Below, in pieces: positions 39,481-48,532 of a stretch of DNA of 64,000 bases. The stretch is from Promethearchaeota archaeon (lineage in GTDB: Archaea; Asgardarchaeota; Lokiarchaeia; Sigyniarchaeales; SOKP01), in assembly GCA_048938005.1 (NCBI GenBank), contig JBHLMQ010000012.1, forward strand, positions 29,161 to 93,160, read 5' to 3'. The notes under the pieces were generated by a model. It was not told the origin of the DNA, made no database searches, and saw nothing but the letters and a program-made list of their open reading frames with translations. Position numbers and translations under genes: made by a program. Within the stretch, counting starts at the first letter, position 1, and every line of letters starts with the position of its first letter.

Positions 39481-40560
39481 ATGTACAATATTTTAGTAGC
39501 AATTCCAGATCCAAACAAAACACCACAAAAAGATTATTATTTGATTAATCTGGAAAAAAGCCTAATAGAAAAAAATATTAAACTAATATACCTTCACAAA
39601 AGTTACAAAATAATTCCAATATCTAGGAATCTGATAGCGAGTAAAGCCAGATTAATTCATTTTCACTGGATCAAAAATTTTACAAATTTTTCTCTTCATA
39701 AATTTAAAATGATTGAGAGTTCCCTCAAATTTTTTCTGGATCTTGTACTAGTAAAATATATCTTAAGGAGAAAAGTTTTATGGACAGTTCATAACATCCT
39801 CAGCCATGAATTAATTTATCCTAAATTTGAAATTTTAATACGAAAATTGTTTGTTCAATTTGTAGATCATTTTCTTGTTCATTGTGAGTCTGCAAAAAAA
39901 ATTCTTGTAAAGGAATATGGTATAAGAAAAAAAAGAATTTCTGTAATACCCCATGGTAATTATATAAATAATTACCATAATCAAATCTCAAAGAAAGAAG
40001 CCAGAAGATTATTAGATCTAGATAATAAGGACTTTATTTTTTTATATTTTGGAAGAATACGACCTCATAAAGATATAGAACTTTTAGTACAAGCTTTTAA
40101 ACAACTAAAACATTTTAATCGAATTAAATTAATGGTAATTGGAAATCCAATAAAAACATATAAAGAAAGAATCACAAAATTGTTAAAAAATGTTCCAAAT
40201 ATTCTCTACAAGTTAGAATTTATTCCAGATAATGAAATTCAGGTATATATGAATGCAGCTGATGTAGTAACCCTTCCATATAAACGAATCTTAACCTCTG
40301 GGGAAGCTCTATTAGCAATGACTTTTAAGAAGCCTATAATAGCCCCATTACTAGGATGTTTGAATGATATTTTAGATAATGACAATGCTTTTCTTTATAA
40401 GGCTGGAGATATGAATGATCTTAAAAAAAAATTAGAGGAAGCAATAATTAATAAATATAAATTATCTAAAATGGCAATAAATAGTCTAAATAAGGCAAAA
40501 AAATACGATTGGGATAGTATAGGAAAAAAAGTCAAAAAAGTATATAGATTATTAATCTAG
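39481..40560 (+). CDS. GT4 (GT-B) glycosyltransferase
   Basis: HFHW, WTVHN, VIPHGNY, FGRIRPHK, AADVVTLPY, TSGEALLAMTFKKPII. Confidence 0.92.
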   Translation: MYNILVAIPDPNKTPQKDYYLINLEKSLIEKNIKLIYLHKSYKIIPISRNLIASKARLIHFHWIKNFTNFSLHKFKMIESSLKFFLDLVLVKYILRRKVLWTVHNILSHELIYPKFEILIRKLFVQFVDHFLVHCESAKKILVKEYGIRKKRISVIPHGNYINNYHNQISKKEARRLLDLDNKDFIFLYFGRIRPHKDIELLVQAFKQLKHFNRIKLMVIGNPIKTYKERITKLLKNVPNILYKLEFIPDNEIQVYMNAADVVTLPYKRILTSGEALLAMTFKKPIIAPLLGCLNDILDNDNAFLYKAGDMNDLKKKLEEAIINKYKLSKMAINSLNKAKKYDWDSIGKKVKKVYRLLI

Positions 40561-40783
40561 ATGATCCTATATAATGAATATTTAATAAGAATCAAAATTT
40601 TCATTAAATATTTTATTTTTCTTTCAGAACTAATATTAACTCTTTTTGATCCTCAGATTTTATAATATCATAGAGTCGGTTCTGAGGTGAGCGTTAAAAT
40701 TTCAGATAAATATAAATATAAAATTTCAGATAAATAAATAAAAATCACAGATTTTTATTGATAAAATTAGTTTATAAATAGAT

Positions 40784-41983
40784 ATGGATTTAGTTAATCA
40801 AGTTAGAATTTTTATCGAAAATTTAATTGGTATTATATTTTCTGTTTATTTCATCATATTTTTACTATGTATGATTCTAATCTATCACATTTTGGCATAT
40901 TTTATCAAAGATAAAAAATATATAGGAACAATTAAAAAAGGTAAAAATACTAAAGAAACTCAAATAAGTTCTCTTACAGAATTTCCTTTAGTTAATATAA
41001 TTATACCTGCTTGGAATGAAGGAGAGATCTTTAGAGGATGTTTAAAGTGTATTAAAAATTTAACTTATCCAAATTTAAAAGTACTTATAAATGCTGGTGG
41101 TTCTGAAAAAACAATAGAGATAGCAGAGTCTTATAAAAATTTCGAAAATTTCAAAATTTTATATCAAAAAAAGGGTGAAGGGAAGATTAAAGCTATAAAC
41201 GATTGCCTTGCTCATATATCAGAAGGATTAGTTTATTTAATTGATGCTGATACATATCTAGATGATGAAATATTCTTAAAAACAATTCATCCTCTAATTA
41301 ATGAGAATAATAATGTTATAGTGGTTAGAGTTAAACCACATAAATCACTTAAAAGTAATAATTTAGTAAAATATCTTGTTATTAATCGAAATATTAAATT
41401 TCGTGGATATATTTCAAATAAAATAAAATATGTTAGTCAAAATACAGGACTAAAATACGAAGTCATTAAAAAACTTAAAAAATTTTCTGAAAATAAATTA
41501 TCAGATGATGGTTTAGCTATTGGATCAGATCTCATGTCCCAGGGCTTTAAAATTAAACTTCTGGATGATCAAGTTGAATCTTTTAATTTTCCAACTAAAA
41601 TAAAGGGGTATATCAAGCAAAATTTAAGATGGATAGAAAATAGTTTATTTGCTTCAAAAAGGAATCGAAAAGTTAGGATTTTAAAATTTATAGGATTAGT
41701 GTGTATTTCATTTTATTTTTTTCTATCTTTCTTTTTAGCATTTTTGAATATATATTTATTTTTATTTGGCTTATTTTTACTTTTAAGTCTATATCTGAAA
41801 AGAATTAGAAAAATGGTTTTTTTTAAAAAAACCAAAGAGAATAGAAAAATATCTTTTCAGTTTTCTTTCTTTCTTTTTATGATTTATTTTATAATTGTTG
41901 ATTTATTAATAAACATTATAGTCTTTTTAGAGATGATTTTTTTCAGAAAGGCTTATAAAAAGAGAAAAAATCTTTTAGATTAA
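40784..41983 (+). CDS. Membrane-bound GT2 with processive-synthase motifs
   Basis: N-terminal TM, IIIPAWNE, GKIKAIN, IDAD, SDD, QNLRW (QxxRW), C-terminal TMs. Confidence 0.85.
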   Translation: MDLVNQVRIFIENLIGIIFSVYFIIFLLCMILIYHILAYFIKDKKYIGTIKKGKNTKETQISSLTEFPLVNIIIPAWNEGEIFRGCLKCIKNLTYPNLKVLINAGGSEKTIEIAESYKNFENFKILYQKKGEGKIKAINDCLAHISEGLVYLIDADTYLDDEIFLKTIHPLINENNNVIVVRVKPHKSLKSNNLVKYLVINRNIKFRGYISNKIKYVSQNTGLKYEVIKKLKKFSENKLSDDGLAIGSDLMSQGFKIKLLDDQVESFNFPTKIKGYIKQNLRWIENSLFASKRNRKVRILKFIGLVCISFYFFLSFFLAFLNIYLFLFGLFLLLSLYLKRIRKMVFFKKTKENRKISFQFSFFLFMIYFIIVDLLINIIVFLEMIFFRKAYKKRKNLLD

Positions 41984-42020
41984 TTAACAAATTTAAAATG
42001 TCTATTAAGAGTGATATATA

Positions 42021-42755
42021 ATGAAATTACCTCCAGCTATGAGAAAATTGATCAATATATTTTATCGAAACATTTATATTAAATTAATTTACAAACATCT
42101 TGCTAAAAATAAAGATATAAGAAAGCAAATAATCGATAATTTTCACAAACTCTTCTATAAAACCGCTGCGTTTAAAGGTACTTGGCAGGACATGAAATGG
42201 TTAGGTGTAAAGATTCTTAAAAATCCTTTCGATTTATGGATATTTCAAGAAGTAATTTTTGATGTTAGACCAAGTATTATTTTAGAATGTGGAACAAAAT
42301 TTGGAGGGAGTGCTTTATATTTAGCATCTTTATGTGATTTAATCAATAAGGGAAAAATTATATCAATTGATATTGAACATTATAATAATAGACCCCAACA
42401 TAAAAGAATAAAATATTTACTCGGCTCATCTGTTTCTGAAGAAATATTCTTTCAAGTTAAAAATGAAATTAAAAAAAATGATAATGTTTTAGTGATTTTA
42501 GATTCTGATCATCGGAAAGAGCATGTAATTAAAGAATTAAATTTATATGCTCCATTGGTCTCTCCAGGAAGTTATATTATAGTTGAAGATACTCATTTAA
42601 ATGGGCATCCTATAGATCCATTTTTTGGTCCTGGACCCATGGAAGCTGTTAAAGAATTCTTAAAACAGAATCAAGATTTTGAAATAGACAAAACTAAAGA
42701 AAAATTTTATATGACATGGAACCCAAATGGGTATCTTAAAAAAAAAAACGTATAA
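42021..42755 (+). CDS. CmcI family (cephalosporin hydroxylase / rhamnosyl O-methyltransferase-like)
   Basis: WLGVKILKNPFDLW, ECGTKFGGSA, VILDSDH, SYIIVEDT, GPGPMEAV, NPNGYL. Confidence 0.9.
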   Translation: MKLPPAMRKLINIFYRNIYIKLIYKHLAKNKDIRKQIIDNFHKLFYKTAAFKGTWQDMKWLGVKILKNPFDLWIFQEVIFDVRPSIILECGTKFGGSALYLASLCDLINKGKIISIDIEHYNNRPQHKRIKYLLGSSVSEEIFFQVKNEIKKNDNVLVILDSDHRKEHVIKELNLYAPLVSPGSYIIVEDTHLNGHPIDPFFGPGPMEAVKEFLKQNQDFEIDKTKEKFYMTWNPNGYLKKKNV

Positions 42756-42769
42756 ATTTACTATTATAG

Positions 42770-42946
42770 AAATTTAAGAGTAAGAAGTTAAAAAATAAAA
42801 TAGTTTTCCTAATTACAATCGATGCATTAAGGGCAGATCATTTAAAATCTTATGGTTATTATAGAAATCATGCTCCAAACCTAGAAAAATTTATAACCTT
42901 CGGGAAGATTTTTTCTCAATTCTGAATGTAACAATTCCGCCTGTTA
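42770..42946 (+). pseudogene. Decayed remnant of a sulfatase-like + phosphodiesterase gene pair
   Basis: IVFLITIDALRADHLKSYGYYRNHAPNLEKF (paralog of the 43222 N-terminus), then in another frame LREDFFSILNVTIPPV (paralog of LFREGFYSDLNVTIPPV in 44709..46022). Confidence 0.8.
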
Positions 42947-43221
42947 TGCTTCTATTATGGACTTTGGTGTATGCTTGTATCACAATTAGTTTTTATTTCT
43001 ACAAAAAAAAGTATTAATGATATTTTTAATTGGTTCTTTAGAGCAAATTAATATTCCCAGGAGTTACTTAACATTCTGGATTTTAACCAGATAATGATAG
43101 CTCTTTAGATTATTATAATATTTCGAAAAAATTAAATAAATAAATTTAATTTGAAGTAAAAACATACTCTGTTTTTTTCTTCCCTAAAATTATTTAATTT
43201 TGTATAATTATAAATATAAGA

Positions 43222-44694
43222 ATGGAAAAGACTCCTAATGAAAAAGCAGTTTTCCTTATAACTATCGATGCTTTAAGAGCAGATCATTTGAGATTTTATG
43301 GATATCATAGAAATACAGCACCAAATTTAGAAAAATTTTCTGAAAACGGAACCACTTTTTTAAATACTATAACAAATGGTCCAGAAACACCTTCTTCCTT
43401 TTCTACAATTTTTAGCTCCCAATTACCTTTTTCTGGTGGTGGTTATAGCCCTTTACCATTAAATAAAATCATTTTTCCTCAAATACTCAAAAAGAATGGA
43501 ATATTCACATATGGAATTCATAGTAATCCGCATTTAGGGGAATTTTTTAATTACAATCGCGGTTTTGACATATTTTTAGATGGTGAGAGATATAAATCAG
43601 AATTTCATGGACCAAAAAGATATTCATTTAAAACTGTTTTAAGACTAAAAATAAGAAAAATATTAAACTATAGAAATCTTTCGAGGAAACTTACTTATCG
43701 CATTAAAGGATTCAATAATATTAAATATTGGATACGGGAGAAATTTCCTTTTTTAACAGAGTTATTCCTACCTTTTTTATCAATTGCTTACAACGCGACA
43801 TTTGTGACCAAGACCATTATCTCATTTCTTCAAAAATATGAAGGACCACTCTTTTTATGGGCACATTTTATGGATGTACATAGTCCTTTCAATCCACCTT
43901 CTAAAAATATTTTAAATTTTAGAGATAAAGATATTAGATATTTAGAAAGAGAGTTCTTAAATGAACATATACGTTTAAGGCCAGAAGAATTCAACGTAAC
44001 TGAGGAATTAGTTAACAATTTGAAAGATTTATATGATGGTGAGATCAATTTTTTAGATGAATCCTTAGATAATTTGCTCAAATTAATTAAAAAAAAGTAC
44101 AAAAGGGAATGTTTAATAATAATAACTGCAGATCATGGTGAATCTTTTTATGAACATGGGTATTTTCATCATACAGGAAGCATTTACGATGAATTATTAA
44201 AGGTCCCATTATTTCTCGTGGAGATAGGTAAAAAACCTCAAGTAAAAAAAATAGAAAAATTAGTTCAACTAAAAGATATTCCTGTTACTATTCTAGATTA
44301 CTTTAATATCAACATCCCTCAAGATTATCAGGGTAAAAGTCTTTTACCTCTACTCTCTGGAAACCAAATTGAAGATGAAAGGTATGTGATTTCAGAATGT
44401 TATCAGAAAAGCGGAAAAATAAAAAGGAATAATAAAGAGGGTTTTATTTTAATCTCGATAAGATCTAAAAAATGGAAATATATCTATGATGAAGAGAAAA
44501 ATTTAGAACATTTCTATGATCTTTTAACTGATCCAATGGAAAAAAATAATCTTATTGAGGATCCCCCCGAAGATTTAGAAGAATTTCGAGAGATTAAAGA
44601 TCTTCATTTAAAAAGAGTAAGAGATTCACAAGAAAAACTTAAAATTTTAAAATCTATTAGTAAAATTAAATATGAGCAAAATCAAAATAATTAG
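43222..44694 (+). CDS. Sulfatase-like hydrolase/transferase (Thr at the nucleophile position)
   Basis: ITIDALRADH, TNGPETPSSF, HFMDVHSPF, YDGEI, TADHGE, LLKVPL, WKYI, YDLLTDPMEK. Confidence 0.9.
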   Translation: MEKTPNEKAVFLITIDALRADHLRFYGYHRNTAPNLEKFSENGTTFLNTITNGPETPSSFSTIFSSQLPFSGGGYSPLPLNKIIFPQILKKNGIFTYGIHSNPHLGEFFNYNRGFDIFLDGERYKSEFHGPKRYSFKTVLRLKIRKILNYRNLSRKLTYRIKGFNNIKYWIREKFPFLTELFLPFLSIAYNATFVTKTIISFLQKYEGPLFLWAHFMDVHSPFNPPSKNILNFRDKDIRYLEREFLNEHIRLRPEEFNVTEELVNNLKDLYDGEINFLDESLDNLLKLIKKKYKRECLIIITADHGESFYEHGYFHHTGSIYDELLKVPLFLVEIGKKPQVKKIEKLVQLKDIPVTILDYFNINIPQDYQGKSLLPLLSGNQIEDERYVISECYQKSGKIKRNNKEGFILISIRSKKWKYIYDEEKNLEHFYDLLTDPMEKNNLIEDPPEDLEEFREIKDLHLKRVRDSQEKLKILKSISKIKYEQNQNN

Positions 44695-44708
44695 GCGGAT
44701 GATTATAT

Positions 44709-46022
44709 ATAAGAAATATAATTCTCGGAATTGATGGTGGAACATTCAACCATATTATTCCATATATCAAGAAGAGGTTATTACCTAACTTTAAAAAACT
44801 ATTTCGAGAGGGATTTTACTCCGATTTGAATGTAACGATTCCTCCTGTAACAATTCCTTCATTTCCTTGTCTTTTTACTGGTCTGTCAGTTAAGGATCTT
44901 GGATATTGTACTTTTTATGATCCATCATTTGGTATTTTTTCTTCAAAATTATGGAGAGAATGGAGTATAATGAGTAATACTAATCTACGTATATTTTGTT
45001 TAAATCTCCCATCCTCATATCCAGCTTGGAACTTTAACGGTGAAATGATAACAGGGATGATAACTCCCACATTGAATGAAAAAATGTACTTTCCTAATGG
45101 GATTGGTAAAATAATTAGAAAGGACTGGATAATTGACGGATCCGATATTAATGAAATTTTTCAAGCCTTTAAAATTAAAAGTAAATTGTTTTTAGAAAAA
45201 TTGAAAGAAGATTTTGAATTATTTATCTATATCATCCGCGTCCCGGACTGTATAACCCATCACCCTAAATATAGATTAAAACGTACTCAAGATATTATAA
45301 AAGAGGGATATAAAAGAATCGATAATTTTTTGGGAAAAATACTAAGTTCAATAAATTTTGACAATTTATTTATCATCAGCGATCATGGTTTAAAAATTTA
45401 TCAATATGAATTTAATATCAAGCGTTTTCTAGAAAAAGAAAAAGTTTTATTCTATAATAATGATAAAATCTCTAAATTTATGAGTATTTTCGTTAAAATA
45501 TTTGGATTTTTTAATAGAACTCTATTTGATACAACTTTTTTTCATAATAACTTTAAAACGTTCTTAACAAAATTAAAAGCTAAAATTAATCCTTCGGGTT
45601 CTCAAAATAAAAAAATAAATATTCTAAATAAGTCAAGGTTTATACATTTCTATTCAAATTATGGAGGATTATATTTAAGTGAATATGATAAAAAATTCAA
45701 AAAAAAAATTAAAATTATATCAAAAAAATGTAAATATATTGAAGATGTCATAGAATTTGATTCAAAAACATTACCTGATCTCATTTTTTGTTTAAAAAGT
45801 AATTACCTCTATAGTGTTAAGAGTTCTTTTTTCTTAAAAAACCGCTTCAATTCCTTTAATCATTCTGATAAAGGAATTTTTATCGCGTATGGAAAAAATA
45901 TTATACATGGACGTTCTAACGAAACTAATTATTTGGACTTTATTCCTACGCTTTTAAAATTATATGAAATCCCAATTCCTGCTCATATGAGAGGGAGAAT
46001 TCTCAAAATAATCAATAAATAG
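44709..46022 (+). CDS. Alkaline-phosphatase-superfamily phosphodiesterase, predicted ATA start
   Basis: IILGIDGGTF and LLPNFKKL lie upstream of the first canonical start (TTG 44826); in-frame TGA at 44700-44702; PPVTIPSF, PDCITH, SDHG, DFIPT. Confidence 0.85.
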   Translation: MRNIILGIDGGTFNHIIPYIKKRLLPNFKKLFREGFYSDLNVTIPPVTIPSFPCLFTGLSVKDLGYCTFYDPSFGIFSSKLWREWSIMSNTNLRIFCLNLPSSYPAWNFNGEMITGMITPTLNEKMYFPNGIGKIIRKDWIIDGSDINEIFQAFKIKSKLFLEKLKEDFELFIYIIRVPDCITHHPKYRLKRTQDIIKEGYKRIDNFLGKILSSINFDNLFIISDHGLKIYQYEFNIKRFLEKEKVLFYNNDKISKFMSIFVKIFGFFNRTLFDTTFFHNNFKTFLTKLKAKINPSGSQNKKINILNKSRFIHFYSNYGGLYLSEYDKKFKKKIKIISKKCKYIEDVIEFDSKTLPDLIFCLKSNYLYSVKSSFFLKNRFNSFNHSDKGIFIAYGKNIIHGRSNETNYLDFIPTLLKLYEIPIPAHMRGRILKIINK

Positions 46023-46056
46023 GAAATCATCATTAAGAATAGAACGATTTCTAAAG

Positions 46057-47226
46057 TTATGAAACTTTATCAATTAAGTTTCTAAACATTTTGATTTCTA
46101 TTTCAGTTGAATAATTCTTAATTACAAATTCTTGTGCTTGGTTTTGCAGTTGATTGATTTTTTCGGGTGATTCTTTCCATAATTTATATACTTCATTTAT
46201 TTTTTCACAAAAACCCTTGGGGTCTAATTTATCAATAAAAAATGCAAATTCTTTTCCCTTTAATAACTCAATAGAACCTATTGTTTTACTACAAATAATT
46301 ACCAATCTTGCTGCTAATGCTTCCATTAATACTCTAGGAAAGGGTTCTCTTCTAGAGGAAAATAGAAACACATCACTTTTTCCATAAAAATTAGCTATTT
46401 GATCATAGCTAATATATCCATTGAATTTAATATAATTTGGAAATCTTTTTTCTAATGCACAAATATCCGATTCTAATGGTCCCATACCACAAAATTCAAA
46501 AATAACATCATTAGGATTGTTCTTTTCAATGAAGATTTCAATCCCTTTCAGTAAAACTTTTATCCCTTTATGAACATCATCTAAATATCCAACATAGATG
46601 AATTTTAGTATTTCCTTTTTATTTTTAGAAAAATTTCTGGAAACATAATCTTTTAATTGGATTCCATGAGTTATATGCACAACTTTCTTAGGATCATAAA
46701 AATTATCTAAGAATTTTTTAGCATAACGAGATAATGCGTGATGGTAAATTCTTTTCCTAAATAAAGAAAATAGTAATATAGAAGCTCTATATCTTACGTT
46801 GTATAATGAAAATAATTTATTTGAATATAATGGTCTCCTATAACCTATTATAAATTTTGACTTTCGATTGATAATACTTAAAATCATGAACATGAAACTA
46901 ATTTTGAAGTTAGAAATTGAAGTATACACAACATCACTTTTTTTTATTAATCTATAAAGTCTTATGAACTCCCAAGGGTAGATAATATCAAAATTTTTGT
47001 TAGATATTTTAGCAGTCGCAAAATTTAAATGATAAATTCTCTTAATCCCTTTTAGTTTTTTATTAATATCTTCTCTTGGAATTAACTTTTTTCCCAGATC
47101 TCGATTAGTATCTGCAAAAGTTATGTTATAAAATTGATTCAAACCTAATGCTAGTTCCATAGAAGATATTTCTCCCCCTCTTCCATGTTCTAAAGAAACA
47201 GGAGATAAAATAAATATTGTTTTCAT
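46057..47226 (-). CDS. GT4 (GT-B) glycosyltransferase
   Basis: GRGGE, YVGYLDDVHKG, CGMGP, SRREPFPRVLMEALAA. Confidence 0.92.
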   Translation of the reverse strand: MKTIFILSPVSLEHGRGGEISSMELALGLNQFYNITFADTNRDLGKKLIPREDINKKLKGIKRIYHLNFATAKISNKNFDIIYPWEFIRLYRLIKKSDVVYTSISNFKISFMFMILSIINRKSKFIIGYRRPLYSNKLFSLYNVRYRASILLFSLFRKRIYHHALSRYAKKFLDNFYDPKKVVHITHGIQLKDYVSRNFSKNKKEILKFIYVGYLDDVHKGIKVLLKGIEIFIEKNNPNDVIFEFCGMGPLESDICALEKRFPNYIKFNGYISYDQIANFYGKSDVFLFSSRREPFPRVLMEALAARLVIICSKTIGSIELLKGKEFAFFIDKLDPKGFCEKINEVYKLWKESPEKINQLQNQAQEFVIKNYSTEIEIKMFRNLIDKVS

Positions 47227-47328
47227 TCTAATTACTTCCCTTTTAGATTATAGAGTACTGATCAAATAATGATAACAAATTTGAAAATCTCTCTTTATCC
47301 ATATTAAGAATAATATAATAGGAAAAAA

Positions 47329-48045
47329 TTAAAGATTTAAAACTTTTTTTTCTATTTTAATTAATTCTAGAATACCTTTTTGACTAAGTTCAATAATTTC
47401 ATTAAGTTTATCTTTTTTAAAGGCGGCTCCTTCTGCTGTGCCTTGAATTTCAATGAATTCTAAATCCTCATTTGAAACAATATTGAAATCAACATCGACT
47501 TTAGAGTCCTCCTCATAATTTAAGTCCAATAATACTGAATTATTTTTAATTCCTAAAGATATCGCAGCAGTGACTTTATAATCAGGAAATTCATATAATA
47601 ATTGTTGATTATATAAGTAATTCATAGCATCAAAAACCGCAACAAAAGCACCTGTTATTGCAGCACATCGAGTGCCTCCATCTGCTTGTATCACATCACA
47701 ATCTATTTTTATTGTACGTTCCCCAAGTTTTTCATAGTTAAAGGCAGCACGTATACTTCTGCCAATTAAACGTTGAATCTCAAAAGATCTTCCTCTATTA
47801 GTTTCTCTTTGATTTCTTATTTGTGTTGCTCTTGGTAGCATTGCATATTCAGCAGTAATCCATCCTGTTCCTGTGTCTACCAGAAATCTTGGAACAGACT
47901 CTACAACTGATGCTGTCACAATAACTTTAGTACTTCCTTGAATTATTAATACAGATCCTTCTGGATACTTAAGAAAATTTCTTTTTATCATAGTTTTTCT
48001 AATTTCATCAAATTTCCGTCCATCAAATCTTATATTCTCTGGCAT
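47329..48045 (-). CDS. rph: Ribonuclease PH, bacterial type
   Basis: GWITAEYAMLPRAT, EIQRLIGRS, LGERTIKIDCDVIQADGGTR, EIQGTAEG. Confidence 0.92.
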   Translation of the reverse strand: MPENIRFDGRKFDEIRKTMIKRNFLKYPEGSVLIIQGSTKVIVTASVVESVPRFLVDTGTGWITAEYAMLPRATQIRNQRETNRGRSFEIQRLIGRSIRAAFNYEKLGERTIKIDCDVIQADGGTRCAAITGAFVAVFDAMNYLYNQQLLYEFPDYKVTAAISLGIKNNSVLLDLNYEEDSKVDVDFNIVSNEDLEFIEIQGTAEGAAFKKDKLNEIIELSQKGILELIKIEKKVLNL

Positions 48046-48189
48046 TTTAGATTAATCCATCTTTCTTTAAATCAAGGTTATTAAATTCTAATTATGAGAC
48101 ATCAAAATTTAGAATTTAAATTTAAAAGAGTATATTAATATATTTTTTGTAAAGTAAAAAAGTTTCTAAAATTGGAATTAATATGAATT

Positions 48190-48486
48190 TTATTTTTCAT
48201 CTTTAATTTCCAACCCTTGGATAAGTTTACACGCACTTAAGATTTCCTTCCATATCGCTTCAATGCTTACATTTTTTAGTATCTCTGATTTTTTTTTCAT
48301 TCGTTCAATGATCTCTTTTTCTCTTTGTGGTTGAAATATCTTCTTATTAACTTGATTTTTAAGGATTCCGATTTTTTGCACTATTTTTCCTCTTTTGTTT
48401 AAGAGATTAATAAATTTATTATCTATTTTATCTATCTCTCTTCTATATTTACCTAATTTCCTTTCAAAAAATTCTTTCTCTTTCAT
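48190..48486 (-). CDS. Stand-alone chorismate mutase (AroQ / CM type II)
   Basis: RREIDKIDNKFINLLNKR...IGILK...FQPQREKEII...IWKEILSAC. Confidence 0.85.
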   Translation of the reverse strand: MKEKEFFERKLGKYRREIDKIDNKFINLLNKRGKIVQKIGILKNQVNKKIFQPQREKEIIERMKKKSEILKNVSIEAIWKEILSACKLIQGLEIKDEK

Positions 48487-48532
48487 TTAAACCTTGCTCC
48501 TTAATTAATTATCAATAGAGATATATTTTTTT

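Noticed and set aside
43222-44694. Annotation as a true arylsulfatase
   Set aside because: Lacks the C/S-x-P-x-R formylglycine motif
47329-48045. Annotation as exosome subunit Rrp41
   Set aside because: Motifs are those of bacterial Rph; no rrp4 or rrp42 neighbours
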